Positions 29,621-53,559 of a stretch of DNA of 64,000 nucleotides are shown piece after piece; within the stretch, counting starts at the first letter, position 1, and every line of letters starts with the position of its first letter. The notes under the pieces were generated by a model. The model saw only the letters and a program-made list of their open reading frames with translations. It was not told where the DNA came from and did no database searches. A program made the position numbers and the translations under genes. Source of the DNA: the human T2T-CHM13v2.0 reference genome, Homo sapiens. Where the stretch lies: the NCBI RefSeq assembly GCF_009914755.1, contig NC_060937.1, one strand, 5' to 3'.

Positions 29621-31696
29621 AGAGATAATAGTGAGTAAACCTGAAGCTCTCTCTGTAGGTCTGTGACCTGCATATTTTTTAAATGTTAACACTGTAATAT
29701 GAAAGCGTGGCTGAACAGTTAGCCTTGCTCTTTTGGCACCCTGACCAGTGCCTCTCACTTTAGCTGAGTTTAAGAGCTTCCTTAAGAAATGACCAGCAAA
29801 CTCCATGATCTCCAAGCCTAAGGGTGGTCATTTTAGCTTGGGGAATTGAGGACACAGAGGCAGGTCGACAGCAGTCAGAGAAATCCTGCAGTTGAGGGTC
29901 ATGTCCCAACACTACAATCTGACTTAATCTGTATTTGTCAATATATGAAAGAACAATGCAGAATCACTGGACATGAATAAAACCAACAGCATGAAAGAGA
30001 GGTGCCAAGATGAAGAAGCCTTGTAAAAGGTCCCAGAAGAAAACTTGTATTTAATATTTGAAGTAATTTTCTCAAAGACACTGAGAAGTTACAAGATTCA
30101 TAAAACAAGACATTACCGGCCATGCCAATGGATATGTTAATTAAGTTCACACTTACGGGCACTAACTCCAACAGAAGCTTCCACTTTCACAATGTCTCAA
30201 TAGCCAATTACATGTGATCAAATTCACTGTTTATACAGAGGACTTCACACACCACCAACCATGCAATTAATATCAACGCACAGGGAGTAATCAGAGGCAG
30301 GTAACAAACCGCAGCAACCGTGCTGGTGACCAATGGTTAACACACCAGTCAAGTGGGTCCTGAGTCCTTGGTAGGGTCACTGCTTCTCTCTGCTGACATC
30401 CACCAAGACAGGAGAAGGTCTCAGACTTACCCCGGGCAGAGTCTCCAAAGGCATCTCTGAGAAGGCCTGGTCTTTGCTGCTTTTATAATCCTCAGCCACT
30501 TTTCACTTTCTATTGGGTTCAGTCCAGGTCTTCGGTGGTACCTGGTGACAACAGGTGCTATTACCTCTGTCCATTACATGTATGTTTATCACATTGAGGC
30601 AGGTGCAGCTTCACTGTGGGCTTAATGCAGCTTGACATGAGTGACTCCCTTTTGAGACATTAGGATCACAAACCATTATGACATATCATAAGAAAACACT
30701 GCTATGTAAAATGTTCATCAGAGAACAAGAGTTAGTATAAAAGAAAAACATGGTTGCCAAAATAAGAAACATATTAGGAGCTGAAAAGCCAAATGAGCAC
30801 AACTGAGGAACAAATTAGTGATTAGAAGACCAAGTCATACAATTCTACCAGAACACTGAATGGAAATTCTATGCAAAACTATGGAGATTATAAAACTCAA
30901 GTGGAGACAAGGAGAAAAAATCCAGAGTCATAATAATCTATATTCAGAAAGAGAAATAAAGAAGAAATGGAATCCAGAAAATTGTAGAAAATTGCTCTGA
31001 GATGAAAAAAAAGACTTGATATTCCAATAGAGTCTCTGGTTTGAAATGGGAATATCAAAAGAATGTAACTAGATTTCTGCTGTTGAGATATTTAACTATA
31101 TTGCTTTTAAAGTCTGGGATAATTCTATATTTAAGTTTAAAAGAGCACAAACTACCTCAATTCCATTCTGTCTGCTAAATGTGCATAAACAATTTCTGCA
31201 TGGAATATTTTTTAAAGTCTGCTGGATTTATTCAAATAAGGCATCAATCCATCTTACTCTGTTTTTAGCAGACATTTGGTACAGGGCAATACAGCCCATG
31301 GATAATCACTCAATGTTTGCTAGTTAACTAAGAAACACTAACAGTCTATTTGATGCTTATGAGAAAGCAACAAACAATAGTTTTCTTCAAGGTAGAATGA
31401 TTTGGAGAATGCATCATAACCATGCTGAGCTTTCACAAATGTAAAGATTTCTTCACAATAAAATATGTTGAGACAGTCATATTTAAGCAATGCTTTTACA
31501 GCCACACAGCCATTCAATTGTACTGATTCCTCACTTTATAGTCCCTGCAACTTAATCCCTTCCTGTACGCTTAAAAAATTCCATACAAAGTTTAATAAAA
31601 CAAAGGCACAATGTACATATACATACAAAATAAACACTGACTCTATGAGGCATTCTCCTAAATATTCGTTTTTAAATATAGTTTCTTAATATTTTA

Positions 31697-32104
<408 letters not shown>

Positions 32105-32636
32105 TTATTTTAAAGAAATTAAACACAATTTGCCCCAAGTTTCATCTTTTATAAAACCATTCTCATGGTAAGTACGTTTCAATGACCCAAATGAATTAAC
32201 AAAAAATTAATCGGGGAAATGAACCCTGATTGCTACCGCTGTATTTTCTCCTAAAACATTGGCTTACAATCAAATGAAACTTAATCATAACAATCCAGAG
32301 ATTGACTCATCCGATGTTGCCCAATAGTGGCAAAGAAGGGCAAGTCAGAAAAAAAGGAAACTGAAATTCAAAGACTGTAATCAGCTATTTTGGACAAAAT
32401 TAAACAAATTAAATGGCTTTTCTTTTTTCAAAATAGTCTCTATTCTCACATTCCTGATTTGTTGTTTCAAATATTTCCAGTTTACTCTGACAGTTCACAT
32501 TCTCCCACAAGCATCCCTTATAGGGGAGCTGCTGTTATCAGGATGAAGATAAAGATCTATTCATTGTATTCTATTTGCTGGCAGACCAGCACTCCAGAAC
32601 AGGATAAAAGCCACAGCCATTAAAAAATAGATTCTC

Positions 32637-32930
32637 GGCTCGGTGTGGTGGTTCACACCTGTAATCCCAGCACTCTGGGAGGCCGAGGTGGGCAGATCAC
32701 CTGAGGTCAGGAGTTCAAAACCAGCTTGGCCAACATGGCAAAACCCTGTCTCTACTAAAAATATAAAAATTATCCAGGTGTGGTGGTGGGTTCCTGTAAT
32801 CCCAGGTACTCAGGAGGCTGGGGCACAAGAATTGCTTGAACTGGGAGGCAGAGGTTGCAGTGAGCCGAGATTGTGCCACTCCACTCCTGCCTGGGTGACA
32901 GAGCAAGACTTTGTCTCAAAAAAAATAAAC
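32637..32930 (+). mobile_element. Alu
   Basis: TSD aatagattctc. Confidence 0.95.
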
Positions 32931-33256
32931 AATAGATTCTCCTGACACATTTCTGTTGGGGATGAGGGCATGAGTTAATATGACTGACTAATTGAAAGCA
33001 TCAGGTTTGCATTAATTCATTCAACATTTACTGAGCACCACCTATGTGTGAAGTTGTGTGTGAGACCCTGGGATATTGTGATCAACAGGGTAGATCAGTT
33101 CCCTGCCTAAAAAGAATGTTCCTATCTAACAAAGGGTACAAAGAGGGGAAACTTATATCCCCTGGGAACATACAGGTAGGGCACATAACCTAAACTTAGG
33201 ATGTTGTGGTGGGCTCTTCGATGTAGTTCTTCCTTTTTTTTTTTTTGTAGAGACAG

Positions 33257-33921
33257 TGTTTCTGGACCAAACTGAGGGTCGGGCTGCTTATTCTCATGGC
33301 CCAATAATGAGATGCAGATGAACTGGGAAAGAAGCGAGGTTTTTATTTCTGTAACCAGTTACAGGGAGAAGGCCTGGAAATTATCACCAGACCAACTCAA
33401 AATTACAAAGTTTCCCAGAGCTTATATACCTTTTAAGCGATATGTCTGTGTGTAAGTGTGCATTCATCTAAAGACATACATGATTAACTTCTTCTAATCT
33501 ATGACTAAGATCTGAGTCCTGAAGACCTTCCTCTGGAGCCTCAGTAAATTTACTTAATCTAAATGCATTCAGGTGCTGGAGTGATTACCCTTAATTTGTC
33601 TGATGGAGGCAAGATCATGGAAGTCTGGAGAGTTCCTCTAGTCCCCAGTAAAGCTTGTTTGTGAAGGTCTGAGGAGTTCCTTCAGACCCACAAGAAAACT
33701 TGTTTAATCCTAAATGGGTCCTGTTAAGACTTCCTTCATTATTTTGTCATGCTATAAGACCCGGGAAAAGCCTAGGCAAAACTCTTGGTGGGCTTTTGTT
33801 GCATTCTAGCCTTTGTATGAGGGCACTGCCTCTATCAGCTTTTAACATTTAACCTAACCACTCAGTCAGTGCTGAAACAGTTGTTATGTAGGCCTGGGTT
33901 AGTGAGACCTGGCCTGCCACA
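33257..33921 (-). mobile_element. ERV1 (MER4-group) solo LTR inserted into an Alu monomer (33232-34027)
   Basis: TG...CA ends; the Alu monomer sequence is continuous across it; TSD acag/atgg. Confidence 0.85.
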
Positions 33922-34069
33922 ATGGAGTCTCATTATGCTGCCCAGGCTGGTCTCAAACTCCTGGGCTCATGTGATTCTCCTGCCTTAGCCTCCCAAAGTG
34001 CTGGGACTACAAGCATGAGCCCAGCCCTAGATGTAACTTCCTAAAGTAAAAATTGTGTAAAACTTTAGA

Positions 34070-34270
34070 CAGGGTTTTCTCAACTTTGGTGCTGTTAACA
34101 TTTTGGGCCTGGTAATTCTTTTGTTGTTGGGGTTGTACTGTACATTGTAGAATGTTTAGCAACATACCTGGACTCTACCCATAAGATGCCACAATTTGGT
34201 GACAACCAAAATATCTCCAGACATTGCCCAATGTCCTCTGGGAACAAACTCATCCCCAGTTAAGACCACT
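34070..34270 (+). mobile_element. MER20 hAT element
   Basis: cagggttttctcaactttgg...aatatctccagacattgcc...ccagttaagaccact. Confidence 0.85.
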
Positions 34271-34528
34271 AGCTTAGATGAAAGATAAGAAAAGGGAAGT
34301 TGTAGAGTGAAGGAGAAGAAAAAGGTAGAAGGGTAGGGAGAGAAGACATAAGAAGTAAGAGGGAATCGTTGCTACAAAGGTCCCTTAGACAATAAAAATC
34401 ATGGCCCCATAATGGGTGGTGGGTGGCAGACGCTAAGCTTGATTTGAGCATGAAGAGATAACTACAGTCTTATAAGGGCCCTTATAAGTCATATTATCAG
34501 CTTGGAGCTTTATTAACTATCTATTGCT

Positions 34529-34750
34529 ATGTGTGGTTATGTCAACTTAACTGGGCCACATGGTGCCCAGATAGCTGGTCCAACATTACTCTGGGTGTTT
34601 CTGTGATAATGTTTTGGATGAGTCTAACATTTAAATCAATAGATTGAGTAAAACAGATTTTCCTCCCTAAGGTGAATGGGCTTCATTTAACCAGTTGAAG
34701 ACCTGAATAAAACAAAAAGGCTGACCCATCCCAGGATAAGAGGGAATTCC
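34529..34750 (+). mobile_element. MLT2 LTR 5' fragment
   Basis: ttatgtcaacttaactgggccacatggtgcccagatagctggtc. Confidence 0.75.
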
Positions 34751-35411
34751 CCCCACCCACAAGAAAGATGGGCTTTTGCATTTTTACACAGAGCATTTTA
34801 ACTCCTTTGTCCCAAACTCTTCCCTAATAGGATTGAAATGGAACCTCAAGGCTCATGGAGATTTCCTCCATAATTTAAATGCTGTCTTCTCCAAAGACAA
34901 ATTCTGCCACCATATCTAGAACAACAGGTTCAGATTTGAAATCACTTGTTTTTGGTACCCACTGTAAGTGCAAACCAATTGGCCAGAAGTAGGCAATCCA
35001 GGGGAAGTGGCAATTGCCCAGAGGAGCAGAGTTAATTCCAGGCAAGCCATATCATAGTGATCGATAATAGGCAAAGAGGCCTGGACAAGCTGTGTTGAAG
35101 CAGACTCCAGCAATAGCAGGATGGCAGGGAGGAAGGCACTACATTCCAGAAGCCAGGCAGAGGATCAAGAATCAGAGATGTACAAATATGGAAAGAGCCA
35201 TTCAGGAATGAGCAAGGGTACAAGCTGGGGAAAAGTTCATTAACCCCCAATGCCCTTCCAGGTTCTTAATCTCAAGTTGCCAGAAACTTCTGGATGGCAC
35301 ATTTGTCTCTAGACAATGGTGACCAACAGGGTGAAGTGGAAGGGGAAAATGGGTGTGTACATTAAATATTGCACATGTCACATTTTACCTAACCGATTTG
35401 AGGGCATTTGA

Positions 35412-35731
<320 letters not shown>

Positions 35732-36016
35732 CATGTTTCCAATTTTTGATCTTATAAGCAAGGGTATGAATTTTGTTTGTGTGCAGGTGGAGTTTTTTCC
35801 CAAAAATTTTCCATACATCAATGCTTACTTCCTTAGGATAAATTTTGAGAAGTAGAATACCTAGTTAAAAGAGTGTGACTATTCTTCTAGTATTGATATA
35901 AGCTATGTAGGCACAAAAGGCAATCCTAGTTTTACTATAAATTTACTTTTTCTGATGCCTGTGAGTAATCATATGATCACGATTACTGTACATCCTAGCC
36001 TCATTGAATTCTTCAT

Positions 36017-36148
36017 CCACGTAAGAGTTAAACAATTCCTTAAAGAGGAAGTTAAAGTGAGTCTAGTCAGGAGGTGTTGAAATGACAGAAATTCTAGGGT
36101 TAGAACAAAATGAAGGGAAATGGGTTTGAGAGGAGTGAAGGGTATAAA
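36017..36148 (+). promoter_or_regulatory. ACOD1 proximal promoter (TATA box, PU.1/ETS site)
   Basis: TATAAA at 36143-36148; AAAGAGGAAGT at 36042-36052; CCACGTAA near 36017-36024. Function is inferred from position. Confidence 0.7.
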
Positions 36149-36223
36149 GGCAGTCAGACATCCAGCAAACAAATTACTCCTCTGGTTCACTCCTCCTGAA
36201 CTGAACCTCTTCTTTACAACGAA

Positions 36224-45635
<9,412 letters not shown>

Positions 45636-46286
45636 GGCTTACCAACATCTAAATGACTTTGCATTTGGGGAGATTCAATGATTTGGTTTGTAAAGCAAGG
45701 GTCTGCTGCTTGGTTTTCCCAGGAAAAATGAACAAAGATGGAGAGAGTCCAGAAACAGAACTACATATATCTGGAAGGAGCCTTCTCCTGAAAATTTTGC
45801 AGGACAGTTCCACTTACCTAAATCAAGATGAAACACACACACAAAAATGAGTTTGTAAGCATTCACAAGGGTGAAATTCAACTCACCTGTGATTTACTTA
45901 TAAAATTAATCTCTTCATAGGAATTATGTGTGGACTTCATGAGCCTCAAGGTTTTAGAGGGATGTGAACCTGCATGTATATTTTCTGACAGTGGAGAGGG
46001 CTCTGGTGCATTGTGTCACCAACAGATCTCCTAGACCATGGCTTATTACCAAGCCCTCCACAGTGCAAGGGGTGCTACTGGGGAATGGGTGGGTTTAAAT
46101 CCTGCCTCTGCCATTCACTAGATGTAGCCTTGAGCATGTTACCATTAGCCCTCTGCCTCAGTTTCCCTATTTGTCAAGCCGAAGTAAAAAGCAGTCTGGA
46201 AAAATCGCATTTTGGCTCTAGAACCCATGGTCTTAAGCACTGCAATATATCACCTTTCAGTATAAAAATATTTGAATCAGAGTTGC

Positions 46287-46292
46287 AATAAA
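46287..46292 (+). terminator. ACOD1 polyadenylation signal
   Basis: AATAAA about 650 nt after the stop codon. Confidence 0.75.
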
Positions 46293-46481
46293 GAATGAAA
46301 AGGAAAAAAGAGAAGTAAATACGTGAGTAATTATATAAATACTAAACTGTATTAAAATAATAGAAGTGTCATGGGGGTTAAAAATGCAACACTAACAATC
46401 ATAGTTAATGTGTTACAAATCCCTGGTATTGTTCAATAAAAGGGCAACCTATTAACTCTAGATGTTGATTAATAAGTATGC

Positions 46482-48851
46482 TGTATTAGTCCGTTCTCAT
46501 GCTGCTATAATGAACTGCCCAAGACTGGGTAATTTATAAAGGAAAGAGGTTTAATTGACTCACAGTTCCACATGACAGAGGAGGCCTCAAGAAACTTAGA
46601 ATCATGCCAGAAGGAGAAGCAAACACGTCCTTCTTCATATGAAGGAGAAGTGCTTCCTTCATAGGAAGGAGAAGTGCTGAGCAGAAGGCAGGAAAGCTCC
46701 CTATAAACCGTCAGATTTCAGGAGAACTTACTATCATAAGAATAGAAGCATGAAAGTAACTGGCACCATGGTTCAATTACCTCCCACCAGGTCCCTCCCA
46801 CAACACATGGGGATTATGGAAACTATAATTCAAGATGACATTTGGGTGGGGACACGGTCATACCATATCATTCTGCCTCTGGCCCCTCCCAAACATCATG
46901 TCTTCACATTTCAAAGCACAATCATGCCTTCCCTACAGTCCCTGAAAGTCTTAACTCATTCCAGCATCAAGGCAAAAGTCTAACTCCAAAGTCTCATCTG
47001 AGACAAGGCAAGTCCCTTCTGCCTATGGACCTGTAAAATCAAAAGCAAGTTAGTTACTTCCTAGATACAATGGGGGTAAAAGCACTGGGTAAATACATCC
47101 ATTCCAAATGGGAGAAATTGGCCAAAACAAAGGGGCTACAGCCCCCATGCAAATCCAAAACCCAGCGGGGCAGTCAAATCTTAAAGCTCCAAAATGACAT
47201 CCTTTGACTCCATGTCTCACATCCAGGTCATTCTGATACAAGAGGTGGGACTCCCATGGCCTTGGGCAGCTGTGTCCCTGTGGTTTTGCAGGGTACAGCC
47301 CCCTCCTCCCAGCTTCCTTCACAGGCTGGCATTGAGTGTCCACAGCTTTTCCAGGCACATATTGCAAGCCGTCGGTGGATCTACCATTCTGGAGTCTGGA
47401 GGACAGTGGCCCTCTTCTCACAGCTCCACTAGGCAGTGCCCCAGTGGGGACTTTCTGTGGGGGCTGCAGTCCCACATTTCCCTTCTGCACTGCCCAAGCA
47501 GAGGTTCTACATGAGGGCTCCACCCCTGCTGCAAACTTCTGCCTGGACATCCAGGCATTTCCATACATCCTCTGAAATCTAGAAGGAGGTTCTCAAACCT
47601 CAATTCTTGACTTCTGTGCACCCACAGGCTCAAAACCACATGGAAGCTGCCAAGACTTGGGGCTTACACCCCTTGAAGCCATGGCCTGAGCTGTACCTTG
47701 GCCCATTTTAGCCTCATCTGGGATGCAGGGAACCAAGTAAGCCCTGAGACTGTAGAAAGCAGCAAGGCCCTGGGCCCAGCCAATGAAACTATTTTTCTCT
47801 CCTAGGCCTCTGGGCCTGTGTTGGGAGGCACTGCTGTGAAGAGTTCTCACATGTCCTGCAGACATTTTCCCCATTGTCTTGGTGATCAACATTTGGCTCC
47901 GTGTTACTTATGTGAATTTCTACTGATGGCTTGAATTTCTTCTCAGAAAATGGGTTTTTCTCTTCCATCACATCATCAAGATGCAAATTTTCTGAACTTT
48001 CATGCTCTGCTTCTCTTTTAAACACAAGTTTCAATTCCAAACCATATCTTTGTGAATACATAAAATAGGATGCTTTTAACAGCACCTAAGTCACCTCTTG
48101 AATGCTTTGCTGCTTAGAAATTTCTCCCACCAGATACCCTAAATCTTCCCTCAAGTTCAAAGTTCCACAGATCTCTATGGCAGGGGCAAAACGCCACCAG
48201 TCTCTTTGCTAAAACGTAGCAACAGTCACCTTTATTCTAGTTCCCAACAAGTTCCTCATCTCCATCTGAGACCTGGATTCCATTGTCCATATCACTATCA
48301 TCATTTTGGTCAATGCCATTCAACATGTCTCTGGGAAGTTCCAAACTTTCCCATATCTTTCTGTCTTCTGAGCCCTTCAGACTTTTCCAACCTCTGCCTG
48401 TTACCCAGTTCCAAAGTCTCTTCCACATGTTGGGGTATCTTTATAGCAGTACCCCACTCCTAGTACCAATTTACTGTATTAGTCCATTCTCACACTGCTA
48501 TAAAGAACTGCCCGAGACTGGGTAATTTATAAAGGAAGGGGTTTAACTGACTCACAGTTCCGCTTGACTGGGGAGGTCTCAAGAACTTACAATCACGGCA
48601 GAAGGAGAAGCAAACATGTCCTTCTTCACATGATAGCAGGAAGAAGAAAAGCCAAGCAGAAGGGAGAAAAGCCCCTTATAAAATCATCAGATCTCAGGAG
48701 AATGCACTCACTAACATAAGAACAGCAGCATGAAAGTAAATTGCATCATAATTCAATTATCTCCCACAGGGTCCCTCCCACAACACATGGGGATTATGGG
48801 AACTGCAGTTCAAGATGAGATGTGGGTGGGGAACACAGCCAAACCATATTA
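46482..48851 (-). mobile_element. Full-length THE1-type MaLR provirus (LTR 46482-46870, internal region, LTR 48475-48851)
   Basis: Two related LTRs flank a ~1.6-kb THE1-internal sequence; TSD tatgc/tatgt. Confidence 0.93.
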
Positions 48852-48953
48852 TATGTCCACTGAAATTTCTAGGATAACCATTCGAGAACAGCAGTAGAAT
48901 GTACCACTTCCAGGTTAATAGAAGGAGAAAAATTGAATTAGAAAAATATAATC

Positions 48954-49247
48954 TGGCCAGGCATGGTGGTTCATGCCTGTAATCCCAACACTCTGGGAGG
49001 CCAAGGTAGGAGTACTGCTTGAGCCCAGGAGTTTGATGAGACAGTCTGGACAACATAGTGATATTTCATCTCTACAAAAAAAATCAAAAAAATTAGCCAA
49101 ACATGGTGACACACACTTGTAGTCCCTGCTACTCAGGAGGTTGAAGTTGGAGGATTGCTTGAGCCCCAGAGGCATAGGCTACAGTGAGCCATGATCATGC
49201 TGCTGTACTCCAGCGTAGGCAACAGAGCAAGACCCTCAAAAAAAAAT
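48954..49247 (+). mobile_element. Alu (J-like)
   Basis: Dimeric Alu. Confidence 0.92.
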
Positions 49248-49409
49248 CCAAAGGAAGGCAAAAAATGAGGGGGAAAGAAATATAAAAAAGGACATATAAA
49301 AAGCACAAAATAAAATGGTAGGAAAAATTCAAATATATCTATAATTACAAAAAGAGTAAATGGACTAAATGTTCCAGTTTAAAAAGACCAAGATTTCCTG
49401 AACATATTT

Positions 49410-50330
49410 TTTAAATGTTTAACAACTTTATTGATGTTTAATTTACATATTAATTCATCCATTTTAAGTGTACGGTTCAGTAAGTTTTAGTAAATTTATA
49501 GAGTTGTGCATGCATCACCACAATTCAGTTTTGGAATACTTCCTTTTACTCCAAGAAATTTTCTCATATTATCTGGGATCAATCCCCATTCCCACCTCCA
49601 GCCCATAGTAACCAGTGATGTATCTCTATAATTCTGTTGTTTCTAGACATTTCGGACAAATCAAATAATATAATAAGCAGTCATATGTGTTTGCCTTCTT
49701 TCACTGGCATAATGGTTTTGAGATTCTTCCACATATGTGTCAGCACTTTTTTGCTTTTCATTGCTGGACAGCTTTCCATTGTAGGGATATGCCAATGTTT
49801 GTTTACCCATTCACTAATTAATAGACAGTTGGGTTGCCTCCAGTTTGGGCTATTATGAATAGTGTTTCTATGAGCATTTACGTACAGGTCTTTGTGTGAA
49901 CATATGTTTCCATTTCTTTTTGATAGATACCTAGGAGTGACTCTGGGTCACTGGGTAAATATATTTTTAACTTTATAAAAAACGATTTTCCAAAGTAGCT
50001 CTATCATGTTACGTTTTCTCCAACAATATATGAGGGTTCCAGTTTCTCCTCATACTTACCAAACCTTAGAATTGTCAGTCATTTTTATTTCAGCCATTCT
50101 AGTGAGTGTGTAATGTTATCTCATTGTGGTTTTAATTTGCATTTCCCTAATGACTCATTCTCCTCCATTTTTCCAGTTCTTTTTATTGTGTGGTCTTCTT
50201 ATGGTATGGACGTATACCTGGAATATATAAGAGCTCTTTATATATTCTGGGTATAAATCCTTTATCAGATACATGTTTTGTAAAAATTTTCTCCCACTCT
50301 GTGGTTTGTCTTTTCATTTTTTAAAAAAAA
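49410..50330 (-). mobile_element. Old L1M 3' fragment nested in another + strand L1M remnant (~49260-52030)
   Basis: Antisense L1 3' motifs such as ttatctcattgtggttttaatttgcatttccctaatgac. Confidence 0.8.
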
Positions 50331-51074
50331 TTTATCATTCTGGCTTTGGATGTCATCAGAAGACTTTCTAAAATCCAATTATATACTTTATGCAAGACAA
50401 ATAAAAAATGCAGAAGGGTTGATGGTAAAAAAGATGGGGGATATACGGATGGAATATTAACAAAAGAAAACTGGACAAATAAATGTTAGTATTGGACCAA
50501 GCATTACTATAAATAGTGTCACTATGTAACGATAAAAAATTCAAATCACCAGCTAACTGAAATAATCCTAACCCTACATGCACCTAAATCATATTGAACT
50601 GCAAGAAGAAATCCATCTACCACCATACTGAGAGATTTTTAACATTCCTCTCCTATTAATTGATATTCAAGGAAACCAAAAATAAATGGGCTACATAATA
50701 TTTAAACACAATCAACATGTTTATACAACAGGAATTCTGTACCCAACAACTAGAGATTTCACAATCTTTTAGAAATCTCATAGAACATTTACAAAAGTGG
50801 ACTAACACTGAGCCATAATGCCAGTCTCAACAACTTTTCAAAGTACTGGATCATACAGTTATTTTCTCTAATCACAATGCAATTAAGTTAAAGATCAATA
50901 TTTTAAAAAAGATAATTAGAAAAGCTGCCAGCCGCAGTGGCACACATGTTCGTGCAGTCCTGGCTACTCAGGAGGCTGAGGCAGGAGGATCACTTGACCC
51001 CAGGAGATTGTGGCTACAATGAGATATGATGGCACCATTGCACTCCATCCTGGGCAACAAAGTAAGACCCTGTC

Positions 51075-51860
51075 TGGCCATCAGAGAAATGCAAATCAAA
51101 ACCACAATGAGATACCATCTCACACCAGTTAGAATGGCAATCATTAAAAAGTCAGGAAACAACAGGTGCTGGAGAGGATGTGGAGAAATAGGAACACTTT
51201 TACACTGTTGGTGGGACTGTAAACTAGTTCAACCCTTGTGGAAGTCAGTGTGGCGATTCCTCAGGGATCTAGAACTGGAAATAGCATTTGACTCAGCCAT
51301 CCCATTACTGGGTATATACCCAAAGGACTATAAATCATGCTGCTATAAAGACACATGCACACGTATGTTTATTGCAGCATTATTCACAATAGCAAAGACT
51401 TGGAACCAACCCAAATGTCCAACAATGATAGACTGGATTAAGAAAATGTGGCACATATACACCATGGAATACTATGCAGCCATAAAAAATGATGAGTTCA
51501 TGTCCTTTGTAGGGACATGGATGAAATTGGAAATCATCATTCTCAGTAAACTATCGCAAGAACAAAAAACCAAACACCGCATATTCTCACTCATAGGTGG
51601 GAATTGAACAATGAGATCACATGGACACAGGAAGGGGAATATCACACTCTGGGGACTGTTGTGGGGTAGGGGGAGGGAGGAGGGATAGCATCAGGAGATA
51701 TACCTAATGCTAGATGACGAGTTAGTGGGTGCAGCACACCAGCATGCACATGTATACATATGTAACTAACCTGCACAATGTGCACATGTACCCTAAAACT
51801 TAAAGTATAATAAAAAAAAAGAAAAATAAATAAATAAGATAAAATAATAAAATAAAATGT
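51075..51860 (+). mobile_element. Young 5'-truncated L1 (L1PA2-like) abutting an Alu monomer (50927-51074)
   Basis: Intact ORF2 C-terminus ([16 protein letters not shown]...FSLIGGN*); the 3'UTR has GCTAGATGACGAGTTAG (GAG rather than the L1HS ACA/ACG). Confidence 0.9.
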
Positions 51861-52521
51861 AATCCAAAAAATAAAAAAGCCTGAAGTATTTGTAAATGAA
51901 GACACACAAATTTTTTTTATTTTATATTTTGCATCACAAAATAAATAATGAAAATTATAAAATATTTGGGACTAACCAATGACAAAAATACTACAAATCA
52001 GAACTGGTAAGATGTAACTGAAGCAGTACTTTGAAATTACATGTAGAATCGCTGGCTCTCTATTATTACTTGGATTATGCTGTTCCACAGGACACATCAC
52101 AAATCCCTGATGAATTTGTCTGAACACAGCTGATCAAAGAAAAGGTAAAAGAGGTTTCTTTAATTGTAGCCCTGAGGTAAATTTAATTGTACTTTCTTGA
52201 TGCATTGCAGACGTTTCTAGGGGCAACATCTAAGGACTATTAATAATATCCTCAGATAAGACCTGACAGATGCCTCAGACCACCAGCAGGGGTTGGGGAA
52301 GCCACTCTCTCCTGAGGGGGACAAGAGTACTCAGGGTGACCTTGATGTTGGTCATTATGCCCACTGAGTAAACTGAAGGCAGGAGAATACATCAGGGAAA
52401 TGTTGGCCTATAGAGAGAGCTGAAGGCTCCTCTTCACTGGCAGGCCACACATATAAATGGGAGAGACAGAGAGGAAGAGAGGGGAGAGAGATCCACTCTC
52501 CACATCCTTTCCAGGTGATGA

Positions 52522-53232
<711 letters not shown>

Positions 53233-53559
53233 TAGGAATTGATCTGACGTCTAGGAATTGTGGCAAATGCTTGCGTTTTCCCTCTCATTCCCTTAGGGAG
53301 AACAACCAAAGATGCTGCTCAGTCCATTTTTATTGTTATAGGGCTTAGGTACAAGCAAATTAGCCCTCCACATGGATCAGGCCAGATCACCAGGGAGAAA
53401 CCCACCCTGAGCCTGGGACAAAGGCTTCAGGCTCACAGAGAAAGTTTCCATTTCAGCTCCCTCCCTGTACTTCTGCATCCTTGGCACACATCCATGGCCC
53501 CGAGTCAAACTGCCTCAGTCAGCAGAAACATTTTTGCCATCTTTAAAGAGCCCTAGTGC

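Noticed and set aside
35787-35812. NF-kB-like site upstream of ACOD1 (ggagttttttccc)
   Set aside because: It does not fit the GGGRNNYYCC consensus well enough.
45636-46300. AU-rich decay element cluster in the ACOD1 3'UTR
   Set aside because: I see no tandem ATTTA array; the distal part is MIR-like.
47050-48085. ORFs up to 172 aa
   Set aside because: Broken THE1-internal reading frames.
51026-51607. 193-aa ORF
   Set aside because: Alu-derived start fused to the L1 ORF2 C-terminus; no promoter, RT or endonuclease.
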